Part shown: piece after piece, positions 10,301-16,283 of the stretch
Layout of the letters: each line of letters begins with the position of its first letter
Position numbering within the stretch: the stretch's first letter is position 1
DNA from: a virus
Lineage: Duplodnaviria > Caudoviricetes
Direction: 5' to 3' (one strand)
DNA: 34,696 nt
Virus record (IMG/VR): IMGVR_UViG_3300037991_003957
Coordinates: 1-34,696 of that record
Made by a program: the position numbers and the translations under genes
Notes under the pieces: model-generated
Told to the model about the DNA's origin: nothing
Database searches by the model: none
What the model saw: the letters and a program-made list of their open reading frames with translations, nothing else

Positions 10301-10984
10301 TAAACCTTGTTGCCAAGCAATATTCATTTGTCCAAACTCAGTGTCTACAGCTATGTCTATAGCTTCCTCCATAGAATTAACTTGAGGATTCGATCTCATT
10401 ATCTCTATAGCTTTTTGAGTTAACCCAGGTGTTACTTGCATCTCAACATCTTGACCTTTATCGTTAGTAACCATATAATCAGGTCCTAATGTTCTTGCGT
10501 CATCTGAATTTTTATATTTGCCTTCCTTGTTAAATTTAGATTTATTAGCAAACTCTAAAAAATTTATATAGTCAGCTCTACTCTGGGCTTCTCTATCCGA
10601 AGCATCGCTAGGTATTCCTGAAGGAACGTTATTAGCTGATCTTGAGGCATTGTAATCTGTATTCATTCTCCATCTAAAAACCTCCCCATCTTCATTTGTG
10701 ACATCTAATTCATCATGTATATAACCACCTTTCATTACAGGTGTGTCAAAAGTTAAATATGGGTATTTAGCAGCTAGTTTTTTTTCTAAATCTTCTTCAG
10801 CATTATCAAAAGCACCTTCACCTTTAACATTCCACTCGTCAAAAGATATGTCATTACTAATAGGTGGAGGTGTATTATTAAAATCAATATCATTAAATAA
10901 ATCAATGTCTTCATCTTCTAATAATTCTCCCTCTACCCCAAATATGTCATCAAACAAGTTTATATCTTCTTCTTCGTCTTCCAT
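1346..10984 (-). CDS. Giant multidomain (polyvalent) putative ejection/internal virion protein with zincin, sigma-like, EHxxP and HAD modules
   Basis: 3212-aa ORF, last gene of the structural operon, after two ejection-like genes. Motifs: HEIWH (aa ~1276), YKP..IPFGAFMNQRL (aa ~1552), EEHMLP (aa ~2123) and FDFDDT/ILTAR/K/FADD (from aa ~2362). It also has Gly/Ala-rich hydrophobic segments. Confidence 0.8.
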   Translation of the reverse strand: MEDEEEDINLFDDIFGVEGELLEDEDIDLFNDIDFNNTPPPISNDISFDEWNVKGEGAFDNAEEDLEKKLAAKYPYLTFDTPVMKGGYIHDELDVTNEDGEVFRWRMNTDYNASRSANNVPSGIPSDASDREAQSRADYINFLEFANKSKFNKEGKYKNSDDARTLGPDYMVTNDKGQDVEMQVTPGLTQKAIEIMRSNPQVNSMEEAIDIAVDTEFGQMNIAWQQGLQNKKAKENFDYQNEAKSLFNQGFNPNISGDAEGRMSNDELNKTIETLEKLGMPKEVVATARASAKNNIGFLDYLAGGGSSSPMAFNAGDPMITRPSSVAARGIVQDNQEIRNNIREWLDGSQEWGPNNKGKQVMLAYNDYVNEKSEREENEKEIENVKEKGVDKELVSKLQKDILNKEGNTLTKEEAKLKAEEDAIALTVQNNRTERAKKDGARILEAELPFYKSKDQLKSLIAEKQAIDKMKAGEEKTLAYKNYNKKLQDFLNDDEISLLKEDGKFVRKDRQNQVDALNLKNQNKKNDLKDLLLEAPDKLDEKLLDVDRELLNIAKDLKRKGLSETMNESTYFQLFGALGQELVGAEGSAFEDFRKINKWVETGEMPSLLTPLPQSDQDSFLLENDASAKDNLPSRWNDLLDYRSTLLLAQSLNADPTTYESTVGDGFLAGVGRFVEGIGEATPEAIGMNAPLTRDKSRELGFDIIEDVYGIKKTDSDVRDLATIEHDLWKSSGKSIPGLVRMGAEIYLTTVATGGAGLGPAALRAATFRGLLRSGVSKGVAKNVASYTSAVMTEYIGLQGSNAMERGLGFGPGIENPELFALTASAIRLKGAQASNKFNKAILKTYENGSAAQRNALEYFYQVPTTASTKNGALKYTGSIVDRSLKSASRLSVTAGGKIAGAAGGALTISTADNVGAVLSGDKTVSQALNDVTDPAHLMELGGALLFLGLSRPDRYSKQTIERFRTEIDLLRGNNPQWNKLRRSLGMKTVSDGSKEYKEGEEAFSNRVDEALETRKKEINESDKSESQKKQEISNLEFNANRLKLKIPLDVLAKDLANPEVMGSFKELEQAAYAISIGGFNAKNLAVIEGASFTSDGTSGFKMLELYGLDKAQAQRVVDFSYSMRDIASRRFQGDLNNPNFQKYIDESIAESRLESAKEKLKKDYEANRLDKADYETQLNEIDSKLDVVLKTKKDLIEKGKVERTSKELKEINEYKEAGFDIREMNDAEMKKFMEENGGNFSPTGFGYQGVVNGKSIALVNTEATARENVGGTAVHEIWHHPFERRIGDEAIEARARVIAKDTRDIEGARKQAEQEAREYLDNFIGALKDKGILSMVSAEMSKRPGFNDAVLEQIISGKEVPLSELKEFLNEFVQLNENGAFNNLKSEAQRKSSEKQSTKDLTEKEYNDALNDPIKFVDFVLSGKYNSKNINEFLKREADALGVETETTGLQASEKVVSKGSKAASDANEKIETKIIDQGSGDIRVRDIKDPKFKKQIKDELTKANSAMISARANRAANNPRIQALEKSKRISEKEFVSAFNAEFSQALGEYKPIVDGKRIPFGAFMNQRLTQRFKQALDKAKQGQFEGNEIRLEQPTKEGERGFDAESKDLNPEEALIDKESGRAETTKDTKTINPLEAPNVKPKAKEIEDAIDFTEADAVGMRTGGFKGVGEAYGGKAASIAFGVPEAKIMDPKKNLTYAKKIKDGIPEPSEAGNIQKAFSNKNKVETFIKNLPKTNVSDMETNIGLEKLDVSRDVYGYGTGISNRVLKTFYNKTGKRSKGLTSQPAIWELKPEFKGKISNETIAKVQKELGITEAGQLNKYDRNIGQLLKGVAKLEGYQIANTVVRKKIEGMDIKSAIPKKQLLADLKAGASKFQASEKIFNETLNKKGIKSIPQLLGSKALVPRIKKVMYGDLLDIGGNFFYDGKRSKLIGSGVFSSRADVLKAFKDKFPLVGKYEVGVDNLTRRYEKAKDSEGKLIYTKKQARDKAVKEMQPTLEALDAGLTMQVADFQTEIKQIIKSNPEKYNKFTPEQIKLMDRVVNPETLSKNPENKINGNKADWKDIKEGKDLFLDIFRDAYEKDNKNLDVIAYMLWHPNSNSHPLRNLATIVGKEIGKDIRYEEHMLPFSAYSNLLLQGITKDGKTWNNLKDWLHDNYTQEVISNYQGPRNGVWSSRSILDHPTRDFAKDGSKLPKWASKDKLHPELERQLQEALEGKRKWEDVISPDIRKYNEYGSNRGYVNPNKLTRFGETDAKRYNVEVPRKLESDPNIVEIQNHLIHQQLIGKMSAKEAREMMDLTIKDAPARLEATKADYKMLSESPVLNLSEKMSTNDLVKKANTIDKALANARKVKKEPKKIRVFDFDDTVGTSKNKVFATKDGKRKVLNAEQFAKEGLDLIDKGWEMDFSDFNKVTEGGKGPLFDLMKTMKEAKGERDIFILTARAPEAAPAIHEFLKQMGIDIPLENITGLGNSTGKAKADWLVGKAAEGYNDFYFADDAPQNVKAVRDALEVLDIKSQVQQARMNASEKLSQEFNKILEEKTGIGAEKIFSDIKAEIRGNKARKQRFFIPPSAEDFLGLLYATLPKGKKGEAALKFYQENLFDPYTRATENLSTDRVNLMNDFKALKKELDVPADLRKETKSGFTNEQAVRVYMWGKEGKEAPGLSKTDLKELNDIVENNPKLKAFADQIFQITKGDGYSTPGKDWAIGTITTDLIEVLNKTKRAKYLQPWKENVDIIFSKENMNKLEAAYGRKYREAMENMLTRMKSGSNRTAGGNRLSNQVLDYINNSTGVTMFFNTRSALLQTISAANFVNWSFNNPLMAGKAFANQPQYWKDFTKLMNSDYLKDRRNGLKLNINESEIADAAKTSKNKAKAALNYILEKGYLPTKFADSFAIASGGAMFYRNRINDLVKKGMSVKEAEAQAMKEFRQVSEKSQQSSDPSKISMQQSGDLGRIILQYANTPMQYARIQKRAIQDIANGRGDMKANLSKVIYYGFLQNLMFNALQQGAFALGFGDDFSDEDKDKKTIDTVNGMLDSSLRGLGLGGVTLQVLKNLGLDIYKRSARKRPEYTDAYYKLLEFSPSIKSKLSRFKSAAYPFDSKKRRAEVFDKGFSLDNPAYESMAKVITAVSNVPLDRMYSKINNLKDATADNIDTWQSIANVLGWPTWQLEPKKKKKSTNSSSTKNKLEWDPSTMSFKDSSDSDLFSESDFK

Positions 10985-11005
10985 AGTGTTAGCTATATTA
11001 TATTA

Positions 11006-12724
11006 TTAAGATTTTTCACCACTTGAACCAACAGCACCTGTAGCTCCAACAGCACCTGTAGCTCCAACAGCTCCAGTGCTTCCTGTAGTACCAACAGTAG
11101 CTATTGTTTCACTGTTTGGAATTAAAACTGGTTTTTTACCATCCCATTTGTATGATACAATAGACCCATTTGGTTTTTTATAAGAAAAAATTTGACCAAC
11201 TTCAGGTTTTTCTTTTTTCAATCTAGCAATCATCTCATTCTTAAACTCACCTTGAGTCATAGTTCCAAGATTAATAGGCTTAGTTTTACTATTATCACTT
11301 GGCTTATTGTCATTTTTACTAGAAGAAGTATTTTCAATTTTTGCAAGATCGTCTGAGTACTGTTTATATAAATTTTTATCAATATCAGTCATTTCACGTT
11401 CTTGTGCTTGAGTTTCATACCACTTAATAAATTTAAGTTTTTCGTTAGCTGTTACTGTTGTGCCTCTTTTTGCTTTGTTTGAAATGTTTTTTGCTTCGTT
11501 ATCAGTGGCAGCAGCTAATTCTAATTTACGCAACGCTCTAGCGTCATCTCTTTCTTGATTTGCTACTTGAGATTGTTGATACGCTGTTAAACCAGTTTTA
11601 GTTATTCCTACTACTTGTTCATCTAATGGTGGCATTATATTATCAGCTGGGTTGTCTGTTGTAAAGAAAGATAAAGCAACTTGTCTATGCATTTCATTAG
11701 TTGGATCCCATTGACCAGCAGCTGCTTGAGGAGTGTAGTCGTTGTCATCTGCTGAATATTGTCCACCATATATACCGTCATCTCCACCTAGTAATGGTCC
11801 TAAAGCTTTTCTCATTTCTTCAGCTTGAGGACCTCCGCCATTGGCAGTTTTAACCATTTCAGTTATCATAACTGGCCATGAACGCCTCATTGTTTGGTTA
11901 TTGTTCAGTGTAGGCTCATATAATCTAGGATCTTTAATAGCATTGTTATACACTTCTCTTGCTTGAGTATAATCTTTTATTTTAGTTTGATATTCAGGAT
12001 CAGTTTTATCTATTTCATTTATTCCTAAGTTAGCTATATTTAATTCATCATATTGCTTTTGATGTATTTCTTTAGCAATAGACGCAGGATCACCATATGT
12101 TTCGATTTTTTTCTCTCCACTTAATATAGCTTGTGTAAATTCCCTACCATCAACAATATCTCCAACTTGTTTTCCATTTTCATCTACTCTCATATAGTTG
12201 GTATGCCCACTACTAGCATCATATACTGGTACTAAATTTTGTCCGTCTTGTAAAATCTCTCTATAACTAGACTGTGTGTCAAAACCGTTAAAAGCACCTG
12301 GAGCTATACCATCTATACTTAAAGATTTATCTAAACTATCTTTACCTACTTGAAATGCACCTGCGTTTTCAGAAAGTTCTTTTGGTTGATTAAGTAAATT
12401 TCTACGAGCAGTTAAACATTCGGGTGTATCGCAATCTAATAAGTTATAGTAATCATCATGTAGTTGTTTTAAATACTTTTCAACCCCTTTGCTATAGCCA
12501 CCCTTAGGCTCATACTGTCCATATTGTTGATACCAAGCATCGTCACCCATAATTCTACGAGCTTTAGCTTTTTCCATGGCCTTTAGATTGTTATTAAAGT
12601 TTTCAATACGTTTATCGTTATACGCGGCAAACGTTTGATCGAACTTATCTTGAAAACCTCTTATCTCGTTATTAATTGTTTCAAGAGATCTATTTATATT
12701 TATCCTTGGATTAGCATATCCCAT
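11006..12724 (-). CDS. Putative internal virion/ejection protein with a collagen-like C-terminal tail
   Basis: 572 aa, hydrophilic and probably helical. It lies between the small ejection protein and the giant protein and ends in nine G-X-Y triplets. Confidence 0.6.
   Translation of the reverse strand: MGYANPRININRSLETINNEIRGFQDKFDQTFAAYNDKRIENFNNNLKAMEKAKARRIMGDDAWYQQYGQYEPKGGYSKGVEKYLKQLHDDYYNLLDCDTPECLTARRNLLNQPKELSENAGAFQVGKDSLDKSLSIDGIAPGAFNGFDTQSSYREILQDGQNLVPVYDASSGHTNYMRVDENGKQVGDIVDGREFTQAILSGEKKIETYGDPASIAKEIHQKQYDELNIANLGINEIDKTDPEYQTKIKDYTQAREVYNNAIKDPRLYEPTLNNNQTMRRSWPVMITEMVKTANGGGPQAEEMRKALGPLLGGDDGIYGGQYSADDNDYTPQAAAGQWDPTNEMHRQVALSFFTTDNPADNIMPPLDEQVVGITKTGLTAYQQSQVANQERDDARALRKLELAAATDNEAKNISNKAKRGTTVTANEKLKFIKWYETQAQEREMTDIDKNLYKQYSDDLAKIENTSSSKNDNKPSDNSKTKPINLGTMTQGEFKNEMIARLKKEKPEVGQIFSYKKPNGSIVSYKWDGKKPVLIPNSETIATVGTTGSTGAVGATGAVGATGAVGSSGEKS
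11028..11081. repeat. 18-bp tandem repeat encoding GATGAV (G-X-Y)
   Basis: ccaacagcacctgtagct occurs twice exactly (11028-11063), followed by a degenerate third copy. Confidence 0.85.
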
Positions 12725-12735
12725 AATATATTTAT

Positions 12736-13353
12736 TTATTGTATCGCGGACGCGATATTTCCTATTCCACTTGTGACACTATTAGCTATGTTACCGTAAG
12801 CTGCCCATTTTTGTTCTTCAGCTGCAAATTCTTGAGCTTCAAATTTATCAGCTAAATTTTGGGCCCTATCCAACTCCATCAACTCTCTGTTTTCTTGATT
12901 TTGCCATCTAAATTTTTCTCCTTCAGCTATTTGCTGATCTATAGCCATTTGTGTATTAGCTATGTTTTTCATATTTTGAAGTTCTTGCTTTTGTATATCA
13001 GCAGATATACCTTGTTTAGATCTTAAAGCCATTTGAGCTAAAGCTGTAGCTCCGCCAGCTCCCCCACCGGTAGCCATTATAGTATCTAGAGTATTAGCTA
13101 AAGCCATATCTGCCTCTTCAGCTTGAAATCTAGCAGCTTGAGTAGCTACACCAACTTTTTCAGCTTCATTAGTTAAACCCGCCATAGGGTTTATTACAGG
13201 TTGTCTACTATCCTGTAATCCTTTTAATATATCTTCTTGTTCTTTTCTTCTTGCTGCTGCTTCTTCTTCGTCGTCTTTAGCTTTTTTAGCACTCATCACA
13301 CCCATGCCCGCACTTACGACTCCTCCAACAACGGCTGCTGTTACTAATCCCAT
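12736..13353 (-). CDS. Small ejection/pilot protein (functionally like P22 gp7 or T7 gp14)
   Basis: Gly/Ala-rich hydrophobic N-terminus (MGLVTAAVVGGVVSAGMGVMSAKK), Gln/Ala coiled coils and a GGGAGGATALAQ motif. The position is typical for podoviruses. Confidence 0.65.
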   Translation of the reverse strand: MGLVTAAVVGGVVSAGMGVMSAKKAKDDEEEAAARRKEQEDILKGLQDSRQPVINPMAGLTNEAEKVGVATQAARFQAEEADMALANTLDTIMATGGGAGGATALAQMALRSKQGISADIQKQELQNMKNIANTQMAIDQQIAEGEKFRWQNQENRELMELDRAQNLADKFEAQEFAAEEQKWAAYGNIANSVTSGIGNIASAIQ

Positions 13354-13358
13354 AATTG

Positions 13359-13754
13359 TTAATTTAAAATTTTTGTTAATTCATACGATGGCTTTTCATC
13401 AACATGCCATTTTAATTTTTTATGTGTATTTATTAATTTTTTGTGTTTACAAACACTAAACATGTATTTATAACCTAGTTGCTTAATCATGTTTTCAGCA
13501 CCTGTTATAAGTAGCTCTATTAAAACCTGTCTGTCAGATTCCCTATATTCCGGATCTGATATAATCCACTCTAATAAAGACACTTTAGCATTAGTTAAAT
13601 ATATAAAACCTATTGCTACTGGCTTATTGTTTGACTCAACAACTACTCCTGTTTCAGGTAAAAAATCTTCAGCTGGAGATGTCCATTCTGGCCAAGATTC
13701 CCACCATTTTTTAGCTAATTTAAAATCTTCTTTATTTAATTTTCTTATATTCAA
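13359..13754 (-). CDS. GNAT-fold acetyltransferase-like protein
   Basis: 131 aa with a TTG start. N-terminal IRKLNKED and VAIGFIY...LEWIISDPEYR resemble GNAT strands and motif A. It lies between tail and ejection genes. Confidence 0.6.
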   Translation of the reverse strand: MNIRKLNKEDFKLAKKWWESWPEWTSPAEDFLPETGVVVESNNKPVAIGFIYLTNAKVSLLEWIISDPEYRESDRQVLIELLITGAENMIKQLGYKYMFSVCKHKKLINTHKKLKWHVDEKPSYELTKILN

Positions 13755-13766
13755 TTTTATTTAATT

Positions 13767-15692
13767 TTATTCTGATGATTTAACATATTTAGAAGAAACC
13801 GCATATAATTCTTTCATTCCTCCTACATCTGTAGTATTATCTGTTTTCATAGCTATTGTAGTAAAATATCCTTTTATACCACTCATTGAAGCCCCAAAAA
13901 CTACTTCTCCGTTAAAAGGTGGAGAATTATTAATTAAATTTGCACAGTATTTGTTTTCTTTTAAATAAAAACCACCGTATGCTGGCATTTGTGTATTAGG
14001 ATTTATATATTCTCCTTCTGTGTAACTATGAATTTTCTTTATTAAATCACCTGTTGAAAACCATGATAATAAAGAATTATAGGGGTGTAGTTTTTCTGTA
14101 AAATCACTGTACATTGAAGAAACCTCCCAACCGTTAGTCCCTTCGTAGCTTACAGTTTGAAAGTTCTTAACCATAGAAGGTTGCGGGTTAAATATGAATT
14201 CTATACGAGAGTCATATTGTACTCCATAAAAATTAGCTCTATTGTTAACAGTGTCTACATAATGTTGATATAGTTCAAAGTTGTTTGAAGAGTAAAAATT
14301 ATTTTTCAAGCTATCTATAAAAACAGGTTTATAATCATAAAAGCTTACCCAACCATTTATGGCTTCATCAAAACTTAAAGTATCGTAATTTATGTTTGGA
14401 TTACAACTTGTCGAAGATTCATAGTCTTGTATTGAAATAACATAGTTTTGATTATAAGTATCAAAACCACCAATAATTTTATCTTTATTATAACTGATAA
14501 ATTGTATTGATTTAGGCCAACCTGAAAGACCATACGTGGAAGGCTTCCACCTTTGAGAAGCTGTTATTGTACAGTTATTGCCGCCAGATTGTACATTAAC
14601 CACAAATATATTAGGTATTTCAACTCCATTTATAGAAATATATGATCCTATTTTAATATTTTCACATGGACAATCTTCATTATTAGTTATTTCAAAAAGA
14701 ATTATAGAGTCATCTATAGATTGGTCATTAGAATAACTATAAGATAACAAAGACCGTATTTGAGTATCGTTAACAGTGGCTAAAGTATCTCTAAAGTAAT
14801 CTGTCATTCCATAAGAAGATATTTGAGTTAAGCCATCTCTTGATAATCTTAATATACAACTTCTAAATCTGTCAGAAAAATATTGCCTTAAACCAAACTG
14901 AGCCCAAGATTCTGGGTTTGTACTAATACCAAATTCACCTGCATAAGGAACTATTTGTCCAATTACAACCTTTAACGAGGTAACTGGAGTGCCTTCCCCT
15001 TCAGCAGAATATATAGCATCTTTGTCTATTAAAGCTTTACTTACTTTATTTTCTTGAAATATAGTTAAATTAGTATTGTAAGCATATAATTTTTGTATAC
15101 TTCCACTTTCAGGATCTACTGATTTTGTTATAGAGCCCTCAGCAGTTGAAAATAAGTTAGTGTTGTTTACTCCTGTTCTAGAATTATAAATACCTGAGTA
15201 TATCAAAGTATTAAAACGATGTTGCTGTAAATTTTCATCTTCTACTAAGTAAGCTTTAGCGCCAAAATCAACAGTTGTATTATTAAAACCACCTCTTATT
15301 CTAGCTTCTTCTACAAACCAATTTCTTTCGAAACCAATTTCCACAGTAGGGTTTCTACCTATTAAACTACCGCCGCAACTAGGTAGTGTAAGTCCACCTG
15401 TGTAAGAATTCCAATCTCTTCCACCAAAAGGAAAACAAGGGTAATTTTTCAAAACATTAACATTGCCTGGATTAGGTTGAGATAATTCATCACCCCACGG
15501 TACACCTGGCCATGTAGGCAATATGTAATTACCATTAGTCCAGCCTCCTTTTACTGTAGTAGTAACTGTTGACTCATAATCATACGTTCCACCAGCAGCT
15601 ACTATTGTGTCTTCTGGATTTGCTTGAGTGTCTCCTACAGCTTTTTTAAGCCAAAAGGAATTAAAATACTTAATTGGTTGTTGAAAAGCCAT
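13767..15692 (-). CDS. Tail stabilisation/muzzle protein, C-terminal-type part
   Basis: 641 aa, beta-rich. The segment IYSGIYNSRTGVNNTNLF...GSIQKLYA...IFQENKV...GQIVPYAGEFGIS resembles the beta-propeller region of crAss-like muzzle / P22 gp10-like proteins (recognised by eye). Confidence 0.65.
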   Translation of the reverse strand: MAFQQPIKYFNSFWLKKAVGDTQANPEDTIVAAGGTYDYESTVTTTVKGGWTNGNYILPTWPGVPWGDELSQPNPGNVNVLKNYPCFPFGGRDWNSYTGGLTLPSCGGSLIGRNPTVEIGFERNWFVEEARIRGGFNNTTVDFGAKAYLVEDENLQQHRFNTLIYSGIYNSRTGVNNTNLFSTAEGSITKSVDPESGSIQKLYAYNTNLTIFQENKVSKALIDKDAIYSAEGEGTPVTSLKVVIGQIVPYAGEFGISTNPESWAQFGLRQYFSDRFRSCILRLSRDGLTQISSYGMTDYFRDTLATVNDTQIRSLLSYSYSNDQSIDDSIILFEITNNEDCPCENIKIGSYISINGVEIPNIFVVNVQSGGNNCTITASQRWKPSTYGLSGWPKSIQFISYNKDKIIGGFDTYNQNYVISIQDYESSTSCNPNINYDTLSFDEAINGWVSFYDYKPVFIDSLKNNFYSSNNFELYQHYVDTVNNRANFYGVQYDSRIEFIFNPQPSMVKNFQTVSYEGTNGWEVSSMYSDFTEKLHPYNSLLSWFSTGDLIKKIHSYTEGEYINPNTQMPAYGGFYLKENKYCANLINNSPPFNGEVVFGASMSGIKGYFTTIAMKTDNTTDVGGMKELYAVSSKYVKSSE

Positions 15693-15696
15693 AATT

Positions 15697-15710
15697 TATA
15701 ATTACTTGTT
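15697..15710 (-). promoter_or_regulatory. Candidate phage promoter motif AACAAGTAATTATA
   Basis: Intergenic, directly upstream of the 641-aa gene; 12/14 identical to the intergenic copy at 22752-22765. Confidence 0.4.
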
Positions 15711-15731
15711 TATTAATTTTTCTACCTTTGA

Positions 15732-16283
15732 CTAATACCTACATCCACCTTGTTGATATACTGCAATATCTTGATCACCACTGTTGTATGGTATATCTAT
15801 AGGCAAATCCCACTCAAAACTTAACCCATCTCCATTTCTGTCCGTTGCTGCCAAAGTAACTACATATCTTCCAGGTGGAACTCCATTAAGCTGAACAGAA
15901 TAATTATCTGGTGAAAGAGTATTAAAATATTCATTTAAACCAGACACGAATGGAGAAATCGCAGGGTTTCCACAATGTAAAGCACCTTGTCTAGGAAGAG
16001 TCGCAGGAAAACTAGTTCCTGCCATAAAAGTGGATCGGTTTGGCCCTGTTTCAGCAAAAAATCTCGCGTTATTATTATCTCTAGGAAGTCCAGCTTTCAC
16101 GAGTGGCAAACCAGGTTCATTTTGCGTAAGCACCAATCCACCTGTGTAATAAGCGTAACCTCCAGAATTATAAATAAACTCATCGTCAACCTCATACTCC
16201 TCATAACACCTAAAATCATGTCCCGCCGCGCAAGTGGTTCCAATACAACTTTTGCTTTCGGTCCTAAATGATGATAAAAGGTA
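15732..16283 (-). CDS. Probable C-terminal continuation of the large tail protein in the -1 frame
   Basis: The frame is open from 16283 (after TAA 16286-16284) and reads ...SSFRTESKSCIGTTCAAGHDFRCYEEYEVDDEFIYNSGGYAYYTGGLVLTQNEP.... Its composition matches the upstream protein, and it ends in an Ig-like PPGRYVVTLAATD strand. Confidence 0.65.
   Translation of the reverse strand, partial: YLLSSFRTESKSCIGTTCAAGHDFRCYEEYEVDDEFIYNSGGYAYYTGGLVLTQNEPGLPLVKAGLPRDNNNARFFAETGPNRSTFMAGTSFPATLPRQGALHCGNPAISPFVSGLNEYFNTLSPDNYSVQLNGVPPGRYVVTLAATDRNGDGLSFEWDLPIDIPYNSGDQDIAVYQQGGCRY

Noticed and set aside
1346-10984. Giant protein as a crAss- or N4-type virion RNA polymerase
   Set aside because: The FDFDDT motif is in a full HAD context and DEDID is in the acidic N-terminus. 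No RNAP catalytic context was recognised, although a very divergent one cannot be excluded without HMM searches.
1302-11009. Plus-strand ORFs antisense to the giant gene (1302, 2643, 3750, 5685, 5994, 6693, 7968, 8217, 10743)
   Set aside because: Ser/Leu/Phe-rich shadow translations of a Lys/Glu-rich gene, with no independent signals.
15732-16136. 134-aa ORF as an independent gene starting near 16136
   Set aside because: The start is a non-ATG codon in a G-rich context unlike the other starts, and the frame is open and protein-like for 49 more codons upstream.
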